A stretch of 64,000 nucleotides of DNA from a virus (lineage: Duplodnaviria > Caudoviricetes): IMG/VR virus record IMGVR_UViG_3300032243_000867, positions 201,896 through 265,895 of that record, one strand, 5' to 3'. Each line of letters opens with the position of its first letter. The stretch's first letter is position 1. The translations under genes and the position numbers were made by a program. The notes under the pieces were generated by a model. It did no database searches and was not told the origin of the DNA. It saw only the letters and a list, made by a program, of their open reading frames with translations. Positions 19,748-30,035 of the stretch are shown piece by piece.

Positions 19748-22700
19748 ATGCCGCGCACGAACGATCCCTTGGGCATTCTCACGGGCGGTGGGCTCGCGCC
19801 TCCCGGTTCCGTGAGTTCGTCGTCCATCGCTCCCGGTGAAGTCGGCCCGGTGTCGGAGACTCTTGGAGCCCACGTAGGAAACCCCACGGGGGCGCACCCA
19901 GCGAGTGCGATCTCGATCCTCGACCCCTACACCCGGTACTTCATGGGGCCGAACGTCCAGGGAGCCATCAACGAACTCGCGGCGCTGGTACCGCCGCCCA
20001 TGGGCGGTGTGGGAAGCGAGGGGGTGGCGTGGCTGGGCAGCACCAACGTCGGCACGCCCGACTGGGGCATCCTCAAGCTCCACGACGGCATCCTTCCCTT
20101 CACGGGCAACACCCTCGCGGACCCTCACGGCGTGTACCCGTACTACTACCGCGCCCCGGTGACAGACTCGGGCGTGGGGCTGACGGGAACGGGCATTGAG
20201 CCCGCGACGGACCCGACCTTCAACGTGGTGGACGGTCTGTACACGGGCGGCGGGAATGGCGCGGCACACGCGGGCTTCGCGACCCTCTCTAGCTACGGCG
20301 CGGGCTACCCGACGTGGAGGATTCTCTCGGCCATCGCGAACCCCGCCGCCGTGGTGTCTGGAATCGTTTCGCCCTCCGACCGTGGGGTGCTTGCGCTGGT
20401 GAAGTGGCCTTCGGGGGATGAGCCCGCCCCCGCCCCGGCGGCGAACGTAGGGGACATTCAGGCCCGGTGCGTCGCGGCCCTCCTTCTTGGCAAGGGCATC
20501 CTCGACAACGGGTGTGACGGCGAACCGGGCGGGGTTTTCGTCGAAGCCACGGGCGGTCTTCGGGCCATCGCCTCGGCCAAGTACAACGTGAACCCCGCTG
20601 CGGGGTACACGTTCACGCTGGACCTGTCCTCGGTAGGCGGTCCTCCCGCCCCGGTGACGTTCACGGCGGTGGCGGGTGCCCCCGCTAACCCGTACGAGTT
20701 CCAAGTAGGCGGCGGCGCGGCGGCGACGGCGGCGAACTTCGCGCTGGCCCTGAACACCCTGTACTACAGCGAGGTTCTCGCAGCGATTACCAACGGAACG
20801 GATACCGTCACCCTCTACCTGCGGACTCCCGGCACCGTAGGGAACGCTCCGACCACCACCATCACCTGCACGGCGGCACCGGGCGCCATCGGGGTTACGA
20901 ACTTCAACGGCGGGACGGACGCGATTCTCAGCCCGTACGCTTTCCCCGGACGCGCGGCGGGGCAGTACAACCTCGAAGAGATTCACGCGGGTCTTTCGGG
21001 CACAACGGGAACCGATCCCTTCTTCAACCCCGCAGCGGGTCAGGTGAGACTTCTCACCGATCCGGCGGCGGTGACGTTCGCCCCGGCGACGGTTACGGGC
21101 GGTCTGCCCATCTTCGGCGGGACCAGCAAGGCCATCGGCACGGTTACTCCCTTGTCGGGGTTTCCGTTCAGCCTCGGCGGCGGGACGGATGGAAACTTCT
21201 TCGCGTACCGACTGCCCTACCTGAAGGACTACTCGGTGGCCTCGGGGCTGGTGTACACCCCGGCGGCGGAAAAGACCCGGTTCACGACGAAGCTCGCTCC
21301 CGCGAGTGCGGGTGCCCTAACCCAAGCGGGCGACTACGACGACTTCACGACGGACTTCTGGGCCTTCCAGATCGCCCGCTACCGTCACCGATTCGTTCTC
21401 ACCCCCCCTCCCGTTGTGGCGCTCACCCGCGAGGACGGCAACTACGCCCTCGTACACTTCAAAAAGGAAGCGTACTTCGAGGCGTACGTTCGTGACGGGG
21501 TGGTTCCCGCCAGCGATCAGCTATGGTCGGTGAACCTCGTGCGGTGGACGGGAAACGTGCCCCCGTACGACCTGACCGAGAACCTCGTCACCAGCACCCC
21601 CGGAGCCTCCGCGGCCAACCCGGTGAACCGCTCGGAGGTGTTCGAGGACAAGAACGGCACCTTCGTCCCCGCGCCCGCTGGGTTGTTGAGTTTCACTTTG
21701 GGCACGGCGGCGGTTCCGACAAGGATGTACTGCTCGGGCATCGAGTACTACGTCCCCATCGACGTGACCACGGTGAACACGCCGAACGTCGCAATTATCA
21801 ACCTCGCCTTCACCTACAACGGGGTGTTCGACCGTGGGTACCGCTCGCACGACAAGGTGCCCACGGGCGGTCCCCTGTCAACGGACAACCGCAGGTACGC
21901 GCTGAACCAGAACCCGGTGTTCATCTCTCTCGCCTCGTTCAGCTACGAGGGAGATGAGGCCCTCGGGACATCTACTCTCGCGACGGGCTCTCCCGGCGCG
22001 GTCACATTTCCCGCCGAACTGGGGGAGATCCGCCGCCAGCGCATCGAGTTTGGCTACGCGGATTTGACCCCGGCGGCGACCCTTGACCCCGCCGTTGGGG
22101 ACCCGGCCTCCTACGCCTTCTCAGTTGCCCCCTACACGAAGGGAATCTACTTCACGGGCGACCCGAACACCCCGGTGTTCACAACGGATGCGAAGGTGCG
22201 GGTGTTTCTGCGCCGCCCGCTGGTGGTGGACGGCGTGACCGGGTATTCGGAACCCATCGCGGGCGCGAACGTCCCGAACAGCACGGGTGACGTGATCCTG
22301 TACCACTCCATGCAGGAGGGGAACGCGACGGCGACGGTGCCTTACGGGAACCCCTCGAACGCCGCTCTTCGCGGTCTGTCGAAAGAGAAGGACCGCGAGG
22401 AGCGGTTCCTCGACGAGATCTACCGCTACCCGGAGAACTGGGCACCCCTAGCCGTTCCCGCCGACGTGTCGCAGCTACAGGGTCCGGGGCTTCCCTTCGG
22501 CCCCGCGCCCGTATCGGTGCCTGTACGCCCCGACTCTGCCCTCAGTTATGACGGCTGGTACCTGATCGGGTACAACGCGAATGCATTGACGACGGGTGGG
22601 GGGGACCCGAACCTCAACAACGGCCTACAGGTGGCGGGGCTCCCACCGCGCGACCCTTCGTACAAAGAGGGGCTTCTATCTCCCGCCCCGTCGCGCGGGT

Positions 22701-23260
22701 TGCTCATCTACCCGCAGACGGACTACACCTCGGGCTATGTCCCGGTCCAGTCGTTTGGCGCGGCGGCGAACTACTCGGTGCTTACGGGCGACCGGGTATA
22801 CATCCGCGCGTTCGACGCGGACGCGGCCAACGCGGGCCTATCCACGGTGACCTTCCGCCTGTGGGGCGTGGAGCTCACGGACTTCCAATACGCAGCCCTC
22901 ACGGCACCCGGCGCGGTTGGAATGGCCGTGATGGTGAAAGTGCCGGGGCTTACGACGTGGATGGATGCGGGGCGGGCAGACGGCACGGGTCCGTCGAAGC
23001 AGGACATTGCCCTCGACGGCGCGGGGTGCTTGGTGAGCTCCACGGCGGCGACGGACACCGTGTCGCAGATTCGCTACACGGACGTGACGGTGAATCTCTC
23101 GCCCGCCGCGCTGTTCATCAACGGCGAAGGCAAGTGCCCGGTGCTGGTGAAGGTCATCATCAAGGACCACGTAACGGGCAAGGCGCTGAACTTCGTGGGC
23201 GCTGGCGAAACGGCGGCGACGGACACCCTTCGGGGCCTCGTTGGGATCGAGATCCTGTGA
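19748..23260 (+). CDS. Large tail structural protein (about 1170 aa)
   Basis: AHVGNPTGAHPASAI collar-type motif; shares an inserted module with neighbouring genes; start at ATG 19748. Confidence 0.7.
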   Translation: MPRTNDPLGILTGGGLAPPGSVSSSSIAPGEVGPVSETLGAHVGNPTGAHPASAISILDPYTRYFMGPNVQGAINELAALVPPPMGGVGSEGVAWLGSTNVGTPDWGILKLHDGILPFTGNTLADPHGVYPYYYRAPVTDSGVGLTGTGIEPATDPTFNVVDGLYTGGGNGAAHAGFATLSSYGAGYPTWRILSAIANPAAVVSGIVSPSDRGVLALVKWPSGDEPAPAPAANVGDIQARCVAALLLGKGILDNGCDGEPGGVFVEATGGLRAIASAKYNVNPAAGYTFTLDLSSVGGPPAPVTFTAVAGAPANPYEFQVGGGAAATAANFALALNTLYYSEVLAAITNGTDTVTLYLRTPGTVGNAPTTTITCTAAPGAIGVTNFNGGTDAILSPYAFPGRAAGQYNLEEIHAGLSGTTGTDPFFNPAAGQVRLLTDPAAVTFAPATVTGGLPIFGGTSKAIGTVTPLSGFPFSLGGGTDGNFFAYRLPYLKDYSVASGLVYTPAAEKTRFTTKLAPASAGALTQAGDYDDFTTDFWAFQIARYRHRFVLTPPPVVALTREDGNYALVHFKKEAYFEAYVRDGVVPASDQLWSVNLVRWTGNVPPYDLTENLVTSTPGASAANPVNRSEVFEDKNGTFVPAPAGLLSFTLGTAAVPTRMYCSGIEYYVPIDVTTVNTPNVAIINLAFTYNGVFDRGYRSHDKVPTGGPLSTDNRRYALNQNPVFISLASFSYEGDEALGTSTLATGSPGAVTFPAELGEIRRQRIEFGYADLTPAATLDPAVGDPASYAFSVAPYTKGIYFTGDPNTPVFTTDAKVRVFLRRPLVVDGVTGYSEPIAGANVPNSTGDVILYHSMQEGNATATVPYGNPSNAALRGLSKEKDREERFLDEIYRYPENWAPLAVPADVSQLQGPGLPFGPAPVSVPVRPDSALSYDGWYLIGYNANALTTGGGDPNLNNGLQVAGLPPRDPSYKEGLLSPAPSRGLLIYPQTDYTSGYVPVQSFGAAANYSVLTGDRVYIRAFDADAANAGLSTVTFRLWGVELTDFQYAALTAPGAVGMAVMVKVPGLTTWMDAGRADGTGPSKQDIALDGAGCLVSSTAATDTVSQIRYTDVTVNLSPAALFINGEGKCPVLVKVIIKDHVTGKALNFVGAGETAATDTLRGLVGIEIL

Positions 23261-23300
23261 CCCGTTAGAACGACGATATCCCCGCATTCTCGGAGCCCCC

Positions 23301-24818
23301 ATGACTACCCTTCGCACCAAACTGATCCGGCTGGCCCAGGTGCGGCCCGCTCTTCGATCCCAACTGTTGCCCCTGCTCACCAATCGGGTAGCAGGTGAAC
23401 CGACCCCGTTGGAGGTTTGGGAGGCTAGCCGTCCGATGATGCGGGCTGCGATCACCCCGGCTTTTTTTTTGAAGATCAAGCGGTCTCTGAGAACGGCCCC
23501 CCCTGCGGTTCTCGATTTTTTCAACCTCTACAACTGGCTGCAAAAATCGGCTGTGGGGGCACCCCTCCCTGATGGCGGGTTTCAACCCAAGATCAAGGAA
23601 GGAATGGTGGCTCTCTCTCGCTCCCTGCCTCGAATCATGTCTCGGGACATGGCCAACGAGGCCGCGGATGTGTTGAAGGACACCTACGCCCGAACCGTCA
23701 TGCCCATCAAGATGATCGACAAGGGGCGGGGGAGTAAACGAAACTTCGTTGACGTGTCGGACGCTTTGGCGAGTGGGCTCGCCATCGTTCTGAACTCTGC
23801 GGGGCTACCCACGGAGACCTTCGACATCCCCGGCACCGTCAAGTTCGTCGGGCTTCGATCCTCTCAACCGGAGGAGATGAACCCCCCGGTGCCCGAAGCG
23901 GTGGCCCAATCCTTTACCCCGGAAGAAGAATCCCTACCGGGCAAGGCTTTCCAGAACACGAAGGACATCGACGAGCTCTACGAAGGAGTGTCGCAAGCAG
24001 AGGAGTTCCAGCTCGATCTGCTGAACCGAGGAACGGGTCTGGACTCCAAGATCGGAGCGAAGGTGGTCTATCCGGGTCAAAAGGTGGACCTCATGGCTGA
24101 CGCGGGGCCGGTTATTATGATCGGCCCCCGCAAGAAGCGGGAGCGGGTGATCCAAAAAACCCAGGCCGAAGGGGAGGACGTGAACTCCGCTCTGGACTTG
24201 GTGAGGTCTACCGTCGCCGTGGACAACCTCTCTGACGTGCCCCGGGTCGTGAACCTCCTCCGAGAGATGGGGGTCGAGTTCGCCCGAAAGCCCAAGAACA
24301 GGTTCAGCAAGCCTACGGAAGTCGGGTACCGGGACCTGATGTTCAACGTCCGGTATCCCAACGGTCACGTTGGCGAGATTCAAGTGAACGTGAAGTCCAT
24401 GCTCGTCGCTAAGGATCTCGGGCACAAGCTTTACGAGAGGGTTCGCGAAATCGACGCGAAGAAGAAGGCAGAAGGCAATACGGAGCTGACCTTTGAGGAG
24501 CAGCAAACGGTTGATCTCGCCAACGACTCGCAGAAGCGGCTCTACGACGAGGCGTGGCGTCAAGTGTCGGGCGGTGTTGGCGGGGGGTTGCCGAGGCTCG
24601 CTATGGAAAAAACCGCCGAGTCCGTCAAATATTTCGAGTACGAAGACAGACCTGCTCGGGTTGTCCGCGGCAATTTCCCGATCCTCATTACGAGCAAGGG
24701 GGATGAGGTTGTCCTCTACGATCAGCAGAAGTTCTACCTGGAGGCCCATCGCATCTCGGAAGCCCAGTACAACATGATGGTCTTCTCGATCTTCCGACCG
24801 AGCTACAAGAACGGGTGA
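23301..24818 (+). CDS. RelA/SpoT-like nucleotidyltransferase domain protein with N-terminal leader
   Basis: KKRERVIQK...DLVRSTV...KNRF...GYRDLMFNV...EIQV matches RelA_SpoT synthetase-like motifs; GGAG before ATG 23301. Confidence 0.75.
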   Translation: MTTLRTKLIRLAQVRPALRSQLLPLLTNRVAGEPTPLEVWEASRPMMRAAITPAFFLKIKRSLRTAPPAVLDFFNLYNWLQKSAVGAPLPDGGFQPKIKEGMVALSRSLPRIMSRDMANEAADVLKDTYARTVMPIKMIDKGRGSKRNFVDVSDALASGLAIVLNSAGLPTETFDIPGTVKFVGLRSSQPEEMNPPVPEAVAQSFTPEEESLPGKAFQNTKDIDELYEGVSQAEEFQLDLLNRGTGLDSKIGAKVVYPGQKVDLMADAGPVIMIGPRKKRERVIQKTQAEGEDVNSALDLVRSTVAVDNLSDVPRVVNLLREMGVEFARKPKNRFSKPTEVGYRDLMFNVRYPNGHVGEIQVNVKSMLVAKDLGHKLYERVREIDAKKKAEGNTELTFEEQQTVDLANDSQKRLYDEAWRQVSGGVGGGLPRLAMEKTAESVKYFEYEDRPARVVRGNFPILITSKGDEVVLYDQQKFYLEAHRISEAQYNMMVFSIFRPSYKNG

Positions 24819-24839
24819 GATAGAGCCGGGTGTGACCCT

Positions 24840-26018
24840 TCACGCGGGCTCGCGCACCCCGTAGACGCGGGGCTTGTCCTCGGGCACCCCGCCACCGACC
24901 CACACGGGGGCGACCCACTTCAGCGACGCCTTCCGCATCGCAGGGTCGATCCTCTCGCCAGCCTCGGTCTTTCGCGGCCCCACCCGGTAGGTATGCCAGT
25001 GGCCCCGGCGAATGTGCCCCTTCACGGTGCGGGTGCCCGTGAGGTCCGTGTCGCCGCCCGCACTCGTTTCGATGGTCGGGCCGATCCACGTCACCCGGTA
25101 CTTGGGGAGGGCGTCGAGGTCGCGGGCGAGCTTCTTGGCGTCCTTGCCGTTCTTGTGCTTCTTGCGCCCCAGCGCAGTCTCTAGCTCGCGGCGCTTCCCA
25201 TCGTTGTCGGCGCTCTTGGTCTCACACGACGCGCTGTTGATGTACAGCAGGGTGTTGATCACCACCCGCAGGAACGCCTTGACCATGGCCTTGACCTCCC
25301 GCGCGAGCTCCTCGGATTGAGGGATGTTCGCGAGACGGTCACTGATGTTCGCACCGCGGTCATCGAGGATGCCGTTCACCCGCGCGTCGAGGTCCATGCG
25401 GGTGACGGCGGACTCCAGTTCGATGTTCCGCAGGGTGCCTTCGCGAAGCTCGGCCAAGTCGAGGCGCTTCTCCAAGTCGCCGTCGAGGTCCACGGTGCCG
25501 CCGTGACCCAGCTTCATCGAGAACCAGAACGTCGCATCGTCCGTGGGAAACTGCGACCGCTCGTTCGCCGCGCCCCAGATGAGGACGCTCATCACCCCCG
25601 GCTCGGCGGGGTCTTCCATGACGTAGGCACCTTCGACCCGGTGCCACAGGGTGTCACTTCCGCCCCACGCCTTGAGCTTGCTGTCGGGCGTGGCGAGGTA
25701 GAAGCAGGGGAAGGGGAAACGGATGTGCTCCGCACTCACCTCGGAGAGCGAGGTGTTGGCGAACGCCTCCTGCATTCGCGGCCCCAGCACCACCACTTGC
25801 TGCCCTCCGCGCTCGTAAGCGACGGTAGACCGCATCATGTTGTAGGTGGTGCTGTAGGCGCTGACCGTCTGCGCGGGCAGGGGGTTGTCCCCCTGCTTGT
25901 TGAAGGGGTCGTGCAGGATCTTCGACTTGATGTCTTCGGGGAACACCCGCAGCGGGTTGCGCGGGTCCTTGCGGATCATCTCGTAGTGGACGACGGGGCG
26001 GGGGAGGGAAGCGGTCAT
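24840..26018 (-). CDS. Hypothetical protein
   Basis: Long ORF with genome-typical codons; start put at ATG 26018, 8 nt after GGGCGTAA (ATG 26027 is also possible). Confidence 0.75.
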   Translation of the reverse strand: MTASLPRPVVHYEMIRKDPRNPLRVFPEDIKSKILHDPFNKQGDNPLPAQTVSAYSTTYNMMRSTVAYERGGQQVVVLGPRMQEAFANTSLSEVSAEHIRFPFPCFYLATPDSKLKAWGGSDTLWHRVEGAYVMEDPAEPGVMSVLIWGAANERSQFPTDDATFWFSMKLGHGGTVDLDGDLEKRLDLAELREGTLRNIELESAVTRMDLDARVNGILDDRGANISDRLANIPQSEELAREVKAMVKAFLRVVINTLLYINSASCETKSADNDGKRRELETALGRKKHKNGKDAKKLARDLDALPKYRVTWIGPTIETSAGGDTDLTGTRTVKGHIRRGHWHTYRVGPRKTEAGERIDPAMRKASLKWVAPVWVGGGVPEDKPRVYGVREPA

Positions 26019-26026
26019 GGTCTTCA

Positions 26027-26034
26027 TTACGCCC
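26027..26034 (-). promoter_or_regulatory. GGGCGTAA motif
   Basis: 8 nt upstream of ATG 26018. Confidence 0.55.
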
Positions 26035-26068
26035 CTCTGGACGTTGGAAGGCCGAGGATACTGACAGG

Positions 26069-26566
26069 CTAGAAGCCGAGATACTCGATCTCGGAGTCGT
26101 CCAGCGTGTGGATCACGGCGCGCGAACGAAGCTCCCCCGTCTTCTCGTCCACGAAGGGCTGGTCGTCCTTGAGGTTGCGGAGGATGAGGTCGAGGCGCTT
26201 CACCTCTGCCGTCTCGGAGGTGATGAGCTCCTTCTCGGTCACGAGGTTGGCGATCACCCCAGCGGGCACCACCGTCTCCTTGGTCTGCTTGCCCGAAGAA
26301 GTGTTGCTGTTCGGGATCGAGTAGGACATCTTGATACCTCCGCCCCGGCGCTGGTCCTGCGAGTACTGCACGATGAGGTCAGACAGGGCCTCGGGGGTGA
26401 TCTCGTTCTCGCGGGTGATCTTGTCGATGCGGCCCCGGCGCTCCTCGATCTTCGCTCGCACCGCCTCGACCTTGCGGTTCATCGCCTCGCGGATCTGCCC
26501 ACTCGTGAACTTGTTGTACTGAACTCCACGGAACATGTCGTCTACCTCGTTGAAAGCGCCCATCAT
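26069..26566 (-). CDS. Hypothetical coiled-coil protein
   Basis: 165-aa ORF with AAAGGAG RBS. Confidence 0.75.
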   Translation of the reverse strand: MMGAFNEVDDMFRGVQYNKFTSGQIREAMNRKVEAVRAKIEERRGRIDKITRENEITPEALSDLIVQYSQDQRRGGGIKMSYSIPNSNTSSGKQTKETVVPAGVIANLVTEKELITSETAEVKRLDLILRNLKDDQPFVDEKTGELRSRAVIHTLDDSEIEYLGF

Positions 26567-26588
26567 GGGTGCTCCTTTCCACGGGTAG

Positions 26589-26596
26589 TTACGCCC
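26589..26596 (-). promoter_or_regulatory. GGGCGTAA motif
   Basis: 22 nt upstream of ATG 26566; its TAA is also the stop of the upstream gene. Confidence 0.5.
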
Positions 26597-26861
26597 GCCA
26601 TCGTAGGCGCGCGGGGCCTCGTAGGCGCTTCACCAGCCTCTCGGCCCGTTGGGCGTCACCCCTCCCGTCGAACGGCCCGTACACCACCCCAAGCTCCCAC
26701 GGTCGCCATCGTTGGGTGAACCGCGCGCCCCCAGAGAGTTCTCCGTTGTGCTGGCGCACCCGCCGGGGCACGTCGTTGGTACACCCGACGTAGGTGACGG
26801 CGCGGACGGTGCTGACGAGGACGTAGACGTGCCACGGGCTAGTGCTTCTATCGCCGTTCAT
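26589..26861 (-). CDS. SLX1/UPF0213-like GIY-YIG nuclease
   Basis: WHVYVL...[35 protein letters not shown]. Confidence 0.85.
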   Translation of the reverse strand: MNGDRSTSPWHVYVLVSTVRAVTYVGCTNDVPRRVRQHNGELSGGARFTQRWRPWELGVVYGPFDGRGDAQRAERLVKRLRGPARLRWRA

Positions 26862-26865
26862 AGGT

Positions 26866-28230
26866 ATGGCCCTCTACCCGCAGCCGCCGTTGAACACGAT
26901 GGTCGTGTCGCCCTTCGGCAAGGGCGTGTTGGACATCCGTTGGGATGACCCTTCGCTTATCGGCGCGAACACCGAGTACAACGTGGTGGGCGTGAACGTC
27001 TACCGTAGCGAGGCGAGCGACCGGGGGCCGTTCAAGCGGCTCAACTCTTACCCAGTGAGCGGGACGTTCTTCCGCGACTTCACCGACATCGCACAAGTGT
27101 CGCGGGAAGTCATCCCGTGGGACGGCGGGTGGCAATCGAAGGGCGACGCACCGAACGTCCTGCGGTGGACGTTCAAGACCCGGTACCCCATCGCGAAACC
27201 GCGCTTCCAAGGTGTGCCCGCGAACTCCCCGGACGACGTGCTGGTGACCATCGACGGGGTGCCCGCGTGGGTGGGGTCGGTATTCGGGCAGACGGGTGAG
27301 GTCACGATTCAGGCCATCACGGACCTAGACCCCCGCGACGACCGCAACGTGTACTCCCCGCTTCCCGGCCCGAACAGCGAGGTGGCCGTCACCTACTACA
27401 CGGCCCGGAACATCTTGTTCCCGAACACGATGATCGACCGCAAGCTGTTCTACCGTGTGACCACGGTGGCGGTCGCGGAAGGATCAACCACGGGCTACGT
27501 TGAGACGCCGTTGGATCAGACGATGCCCGCGTCGGATATGCAGATCGAGCAACTCGACTACATCTGGCGCGAGGCCATGCGTCGCAACCGCTGGATCTTG
27601 GAACAGGGCGGGGAGCGCGTGAAGCTCTTCGTTCAGAAGGTCAGCGGGATGCCCTGCCCGTGTCGCAGCGAGACCGATCCGCAATCCCGCGCCTACAACA
27701 AGCAGCCCAGCAACAGGTGCCGGGTCTGCTACGGGACGGGATTTGTTGGCGGGTACGAGGGTCCGTACGACATCTTGGTGGCCCCAGACGACGCCGAGAA
27801 GAGAATCTCGCAGACGCCGAACGGACGGAGAAAAGAGCACAGCTACGAGGTGTGGATGAGCTTCTCGCCCATCATCTCGATGCGCGACTTCGTCCTCAAG
27901 CAGAACAACGAGCGGTACAGCGTTGGCCCGGTACGCCGTCCCACGAACCGTGGCAACGTGATGCAGCAGCACTTCAACATCGCGTACATCGACCCGAACG
28001 ACATCCGGTACGACGTACCCGTGGAAATCGTGCTGGCGTCGCCGAACCTCCCGTGGCCGCAGACCCGGTACCCCTACCGCCCGTACCGTGAGACCTACGA
28101 CAAACAGACGGGAGCACCGTGGTCCGTCACGCCCGACGCGGTGTTCCCCATGTCCACGGACAAAGGCAACGTGCCGGATGGCGTGCAGATCAGAGGACGT
28201 GCGGGCACTTTTGAAAATCAGAACTACTAA
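26866..28230 (+). CDS. Putative neck/head-closure protein with FN3-like N-terminus and zinc finger
   Basis: LDIRWDDP...VVGVNVYRS (FN3-like); GGERVKLF...CPC...[13 protein letters not shown]...[10 protein letters not shown] as seen in large-phage neck proteins. Confidence 0.6.
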   Translation: MALYPQPPLNTMVVSPFGKGVLDIRWDDPSLIGANTEYNVVGVNVYRSEASDRGPFKRLNSYPVSGTFFRDFTDIAQVSREVIPWDGGWQSKGDAPNVLRWTFKTRYPIAKPRFQGVPANSPDDVLVTIDGVPAWVGSVFGQTGEVTIQAITDLDPRDDRNVYSPLPGPNSEVAVTYYTARNILFPNTMIDRKLFYRVTTVAVAEGSTTGYVETPLDQTMPASDMQIEQLDYIWREAMRRNRWILEQGGERVKLFVQKVSGMPCPCRSETDPQSRAYNKQPSNRCRVCYGTGFVGGYEGPYDILVAPDDAEKRISQTPNGRRKEHSYEVWMSFSPIISMRDFVLKQNNERYSVGPVRRPTNRGNVMQQHFNIAYIDPNDIRYDVPVEIVLASPNLPWPQTRYPYRPYRETYDKQTGAPWSVTPDAVFPMSTDKGNVPDGVQIRGRAGTFENQNY

Positions 28231-28403
28231 ACAGGTGAACAGTGGTCATCAGCTATCTATCACCGGGTCTGTGCGAGGCGTGGTCCACCAAGGGCCTCGG
28301 CACCTACGCAGACCAACCCTTCCCCAAGGGGTCGGTGCTTGCCGTCTTCGGCGGCGAGGTGCTTCTCCCCCTACGTCGCCAACTTGATTGAGGAAACACG
28401 AAC

Positions 28404-28799
28404 ATGACACCACTTCGATCCAGACTCATCCGCCTTGCGTATCAGAACCCGTCGATGCGGCCCCACATCCTCCCGATGCTAATGGAAGGAGATCGCACGG
28501 CGACGGAGAACCACAAACTCCCTGAAGATCCTTGGCGGTACTTCAAGAAGGTACCGGGCACCATTCTCGTGGACCTGAAGGACCTCACCCCGACCCGTGC
28601 TCGCGAGAAGGGGATCGCCAATGCCAACAGGTATATGTGGCAAGCGTACAACGGCGACACGGAGAAGAGGAAGCCCATCTCACTCAAGGACAACGGAGAC
28701 GGCACCTATACGGTTCTCGACGGCAACTCGACCTACGCGAATGCCGTGGCAAGCGGCTGGAAGAAGATCCCCGGCGTGGTCGAGGAGTCTGATCACTAG
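28404..28799 (+). CDS. ParB/Srx-like domain protein with N-terminal leader
   Basis: VDLKDLTPTR...KPISLKDNGDGTYTVLDGNSTYANAVASGWKKIPGVV; GAGGAA RBS. Confidence 0.65.
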   Translation: MTPLRSRLIRLAYQNPSMRPHILPMLMEGDRTATENHKLPEDPWRYFKKVPGTILVDLKDLTPTRAREKGIANANRYMWQAYNGDTEKRKPISLKDNGDGTYTVLDGNSTYANAVASGWKKIPGVVEESDH

Positions 28800-28872
28800 G
28801 CACTCCGTCTGAGATGCGGTCAAACACCTGATCAGTGGTTTGCGGTGACTGCCCGATAACCCGACCGTAGGT

Positions 28873-29274
28873 ATGGCTGCAACGCGCGAGTATGACGGTG
28901 TCTGTGTGAGGGTGATCGACGGCGACACGCTCGTGCTACGCCTCACGCACACCTTCACCCAAGAAGTAGACTTCGGCTTCCACGTCAAGGACACGATGGC
29001 GCTCACCAAGACTGCTGAAGTCACCTTCCGGCTCAACGGAATCAACACCCCGGAAGTGACGGGTCCGTCGAGGGCTGTGGGCCTCGCCGCGAAGGCGGCG
29101 CTGGAGGGGATGCTCGTCGGGAAGCCCTTACGGGTGACCTCCCACAAGGCCGACAAGTACGGGCGCTGGCTCGCGGACATCTGCGTCCAAGGGGAGACGG
29201 TCAGCGTCAACCAGCGGATGATCGACGGGAAGTTCGCCCTGCCGTGGGACGGTAACGGTCCCAAGCCCGTCTAG
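28873..29274 (+). CDS. Thermonuclease (SNase) family nuclease
   Basis: VRVIDGDTL, FRLNGINTPE, DKYGRWLADI, VNQRMI. Confidence 0.9.
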   Translation: MAATREYDGVCVRVIDGDTLVLRLTHTFTQEVDFGFHVKDTMALTKTAEVTFRLNGINTPEVTGPSRAVGLAAKAALEGMLVGKPLRVTSHKADKYGRWLADICVQGETVSVNQRMIDGKFALPWDGNGPKPV

Positions 29275-29633
29275 CCGTTCGACGGCGGGGGCAACGTCCC
29301 GTAGGTGAATCGCACGGCGGGGATAGTGCCCCGCCCTTCCCGCAACGCCCGCGCCACACGGTGGTAGCCGTCCATCAGCCATCCGGCTGGGTGGAGGATG
29401 ATGGGATACGAGAGGTCGGCGTCGATCACCCGCTCCATCTCGGTTATGACCATCGGGTGCGAGTCATCCCGACAGTGACGTAGCCACCCGTAGGAGAGGG
29501 TGACTTCTTCAAGGGTGTCGAGGCGAACCTCGGTCACGGGGAGGCCCTTCGATGCCTCCCACAGTCTCGGGACTACCCAGCTTTCGCGGCAACCGTCGGG
29601 AGTCGCCCACGAACAGGTGTGCCCCTCGGACAT
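29271..29633 (-). CDS. ParB N-terminal-like domain protein
   Basis: ADLSYPIILHPAGWLMDGYHRVARALREGRGTIPAVRF. Confidence 0.7.
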   Translation of the reverse strand: MSEGHTCSWATPDGCRESWVVPRLWEASKGLPVTEVRLDTLEEVTLSYGWLRHCRDDSHPMVITEMERVIDADLSYPIILHPAGWLMDGYHRVARALREGRGTIPAVRFTYGTLPPPSNG

Positions 29634-30013
29634 CAGTCCCACTTCCCCGGCCCGCTGTAGGACATGAGGACTTCTCCGTCCTTGGTGCGCTTGAACACCT
29701 TGACCCGCACGCCCAGCGCCCGGGCCAACTGATTGGCGACCACGAGGTCGGATACCTCGTGCAAGAACTTCCCAGCGCGCGTGCGGAGGACGTAGTCCCT
29801 CGGACCCGTGACGGGCTGTAGACCCGTGGCGTCGTCGTCGTCGAGGATCGCCTCGAAATCGAGGTCGGTCTGGGCTAGCTTGGGGGCGGGCTTCTTGGCT
29901 ACCGCGACCTTTGCCTTCTTCTTGGCGGGAGCCTTCTTGGCGGGAGCCTTCTTGGCGGGAGCCTTCTTGGCGGGAGCCTTCTTGGCGGGAGCCTTCTTCT
30001 TCGTCTGGGCCAT
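29633..30013 (-). CDS. Histone H1-like protein with PAKKA repeats
   Basis: KKKAPAKKAPAKKAPAKKAPAKKAPAKKK N-terminus followed by an acidic segment. Confidence 0.75.
   Translation of the reverse strand: MAQTKKKAPAKKAPAKKAPAKKAPAKKAPAKKKAKVAVAKKPAPKLAQTDLDFEAILDDDDATGLQPVTGPRDYVLRTRAGKFLHEVSDLVVANQLARALGVRVKVFKRTKDGEVLMSYSGPGKWD
29918..29992. repeat. Five perfect 15-bp tandem repeats (CTTCTTGGCGGGAGC)
   Basis: Read directly; encodes APAKK x5 on the minus strand. Confidence 0.95.
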
Positions 30014-30035
30014 CACTTCACCATACGGGGCGGGG

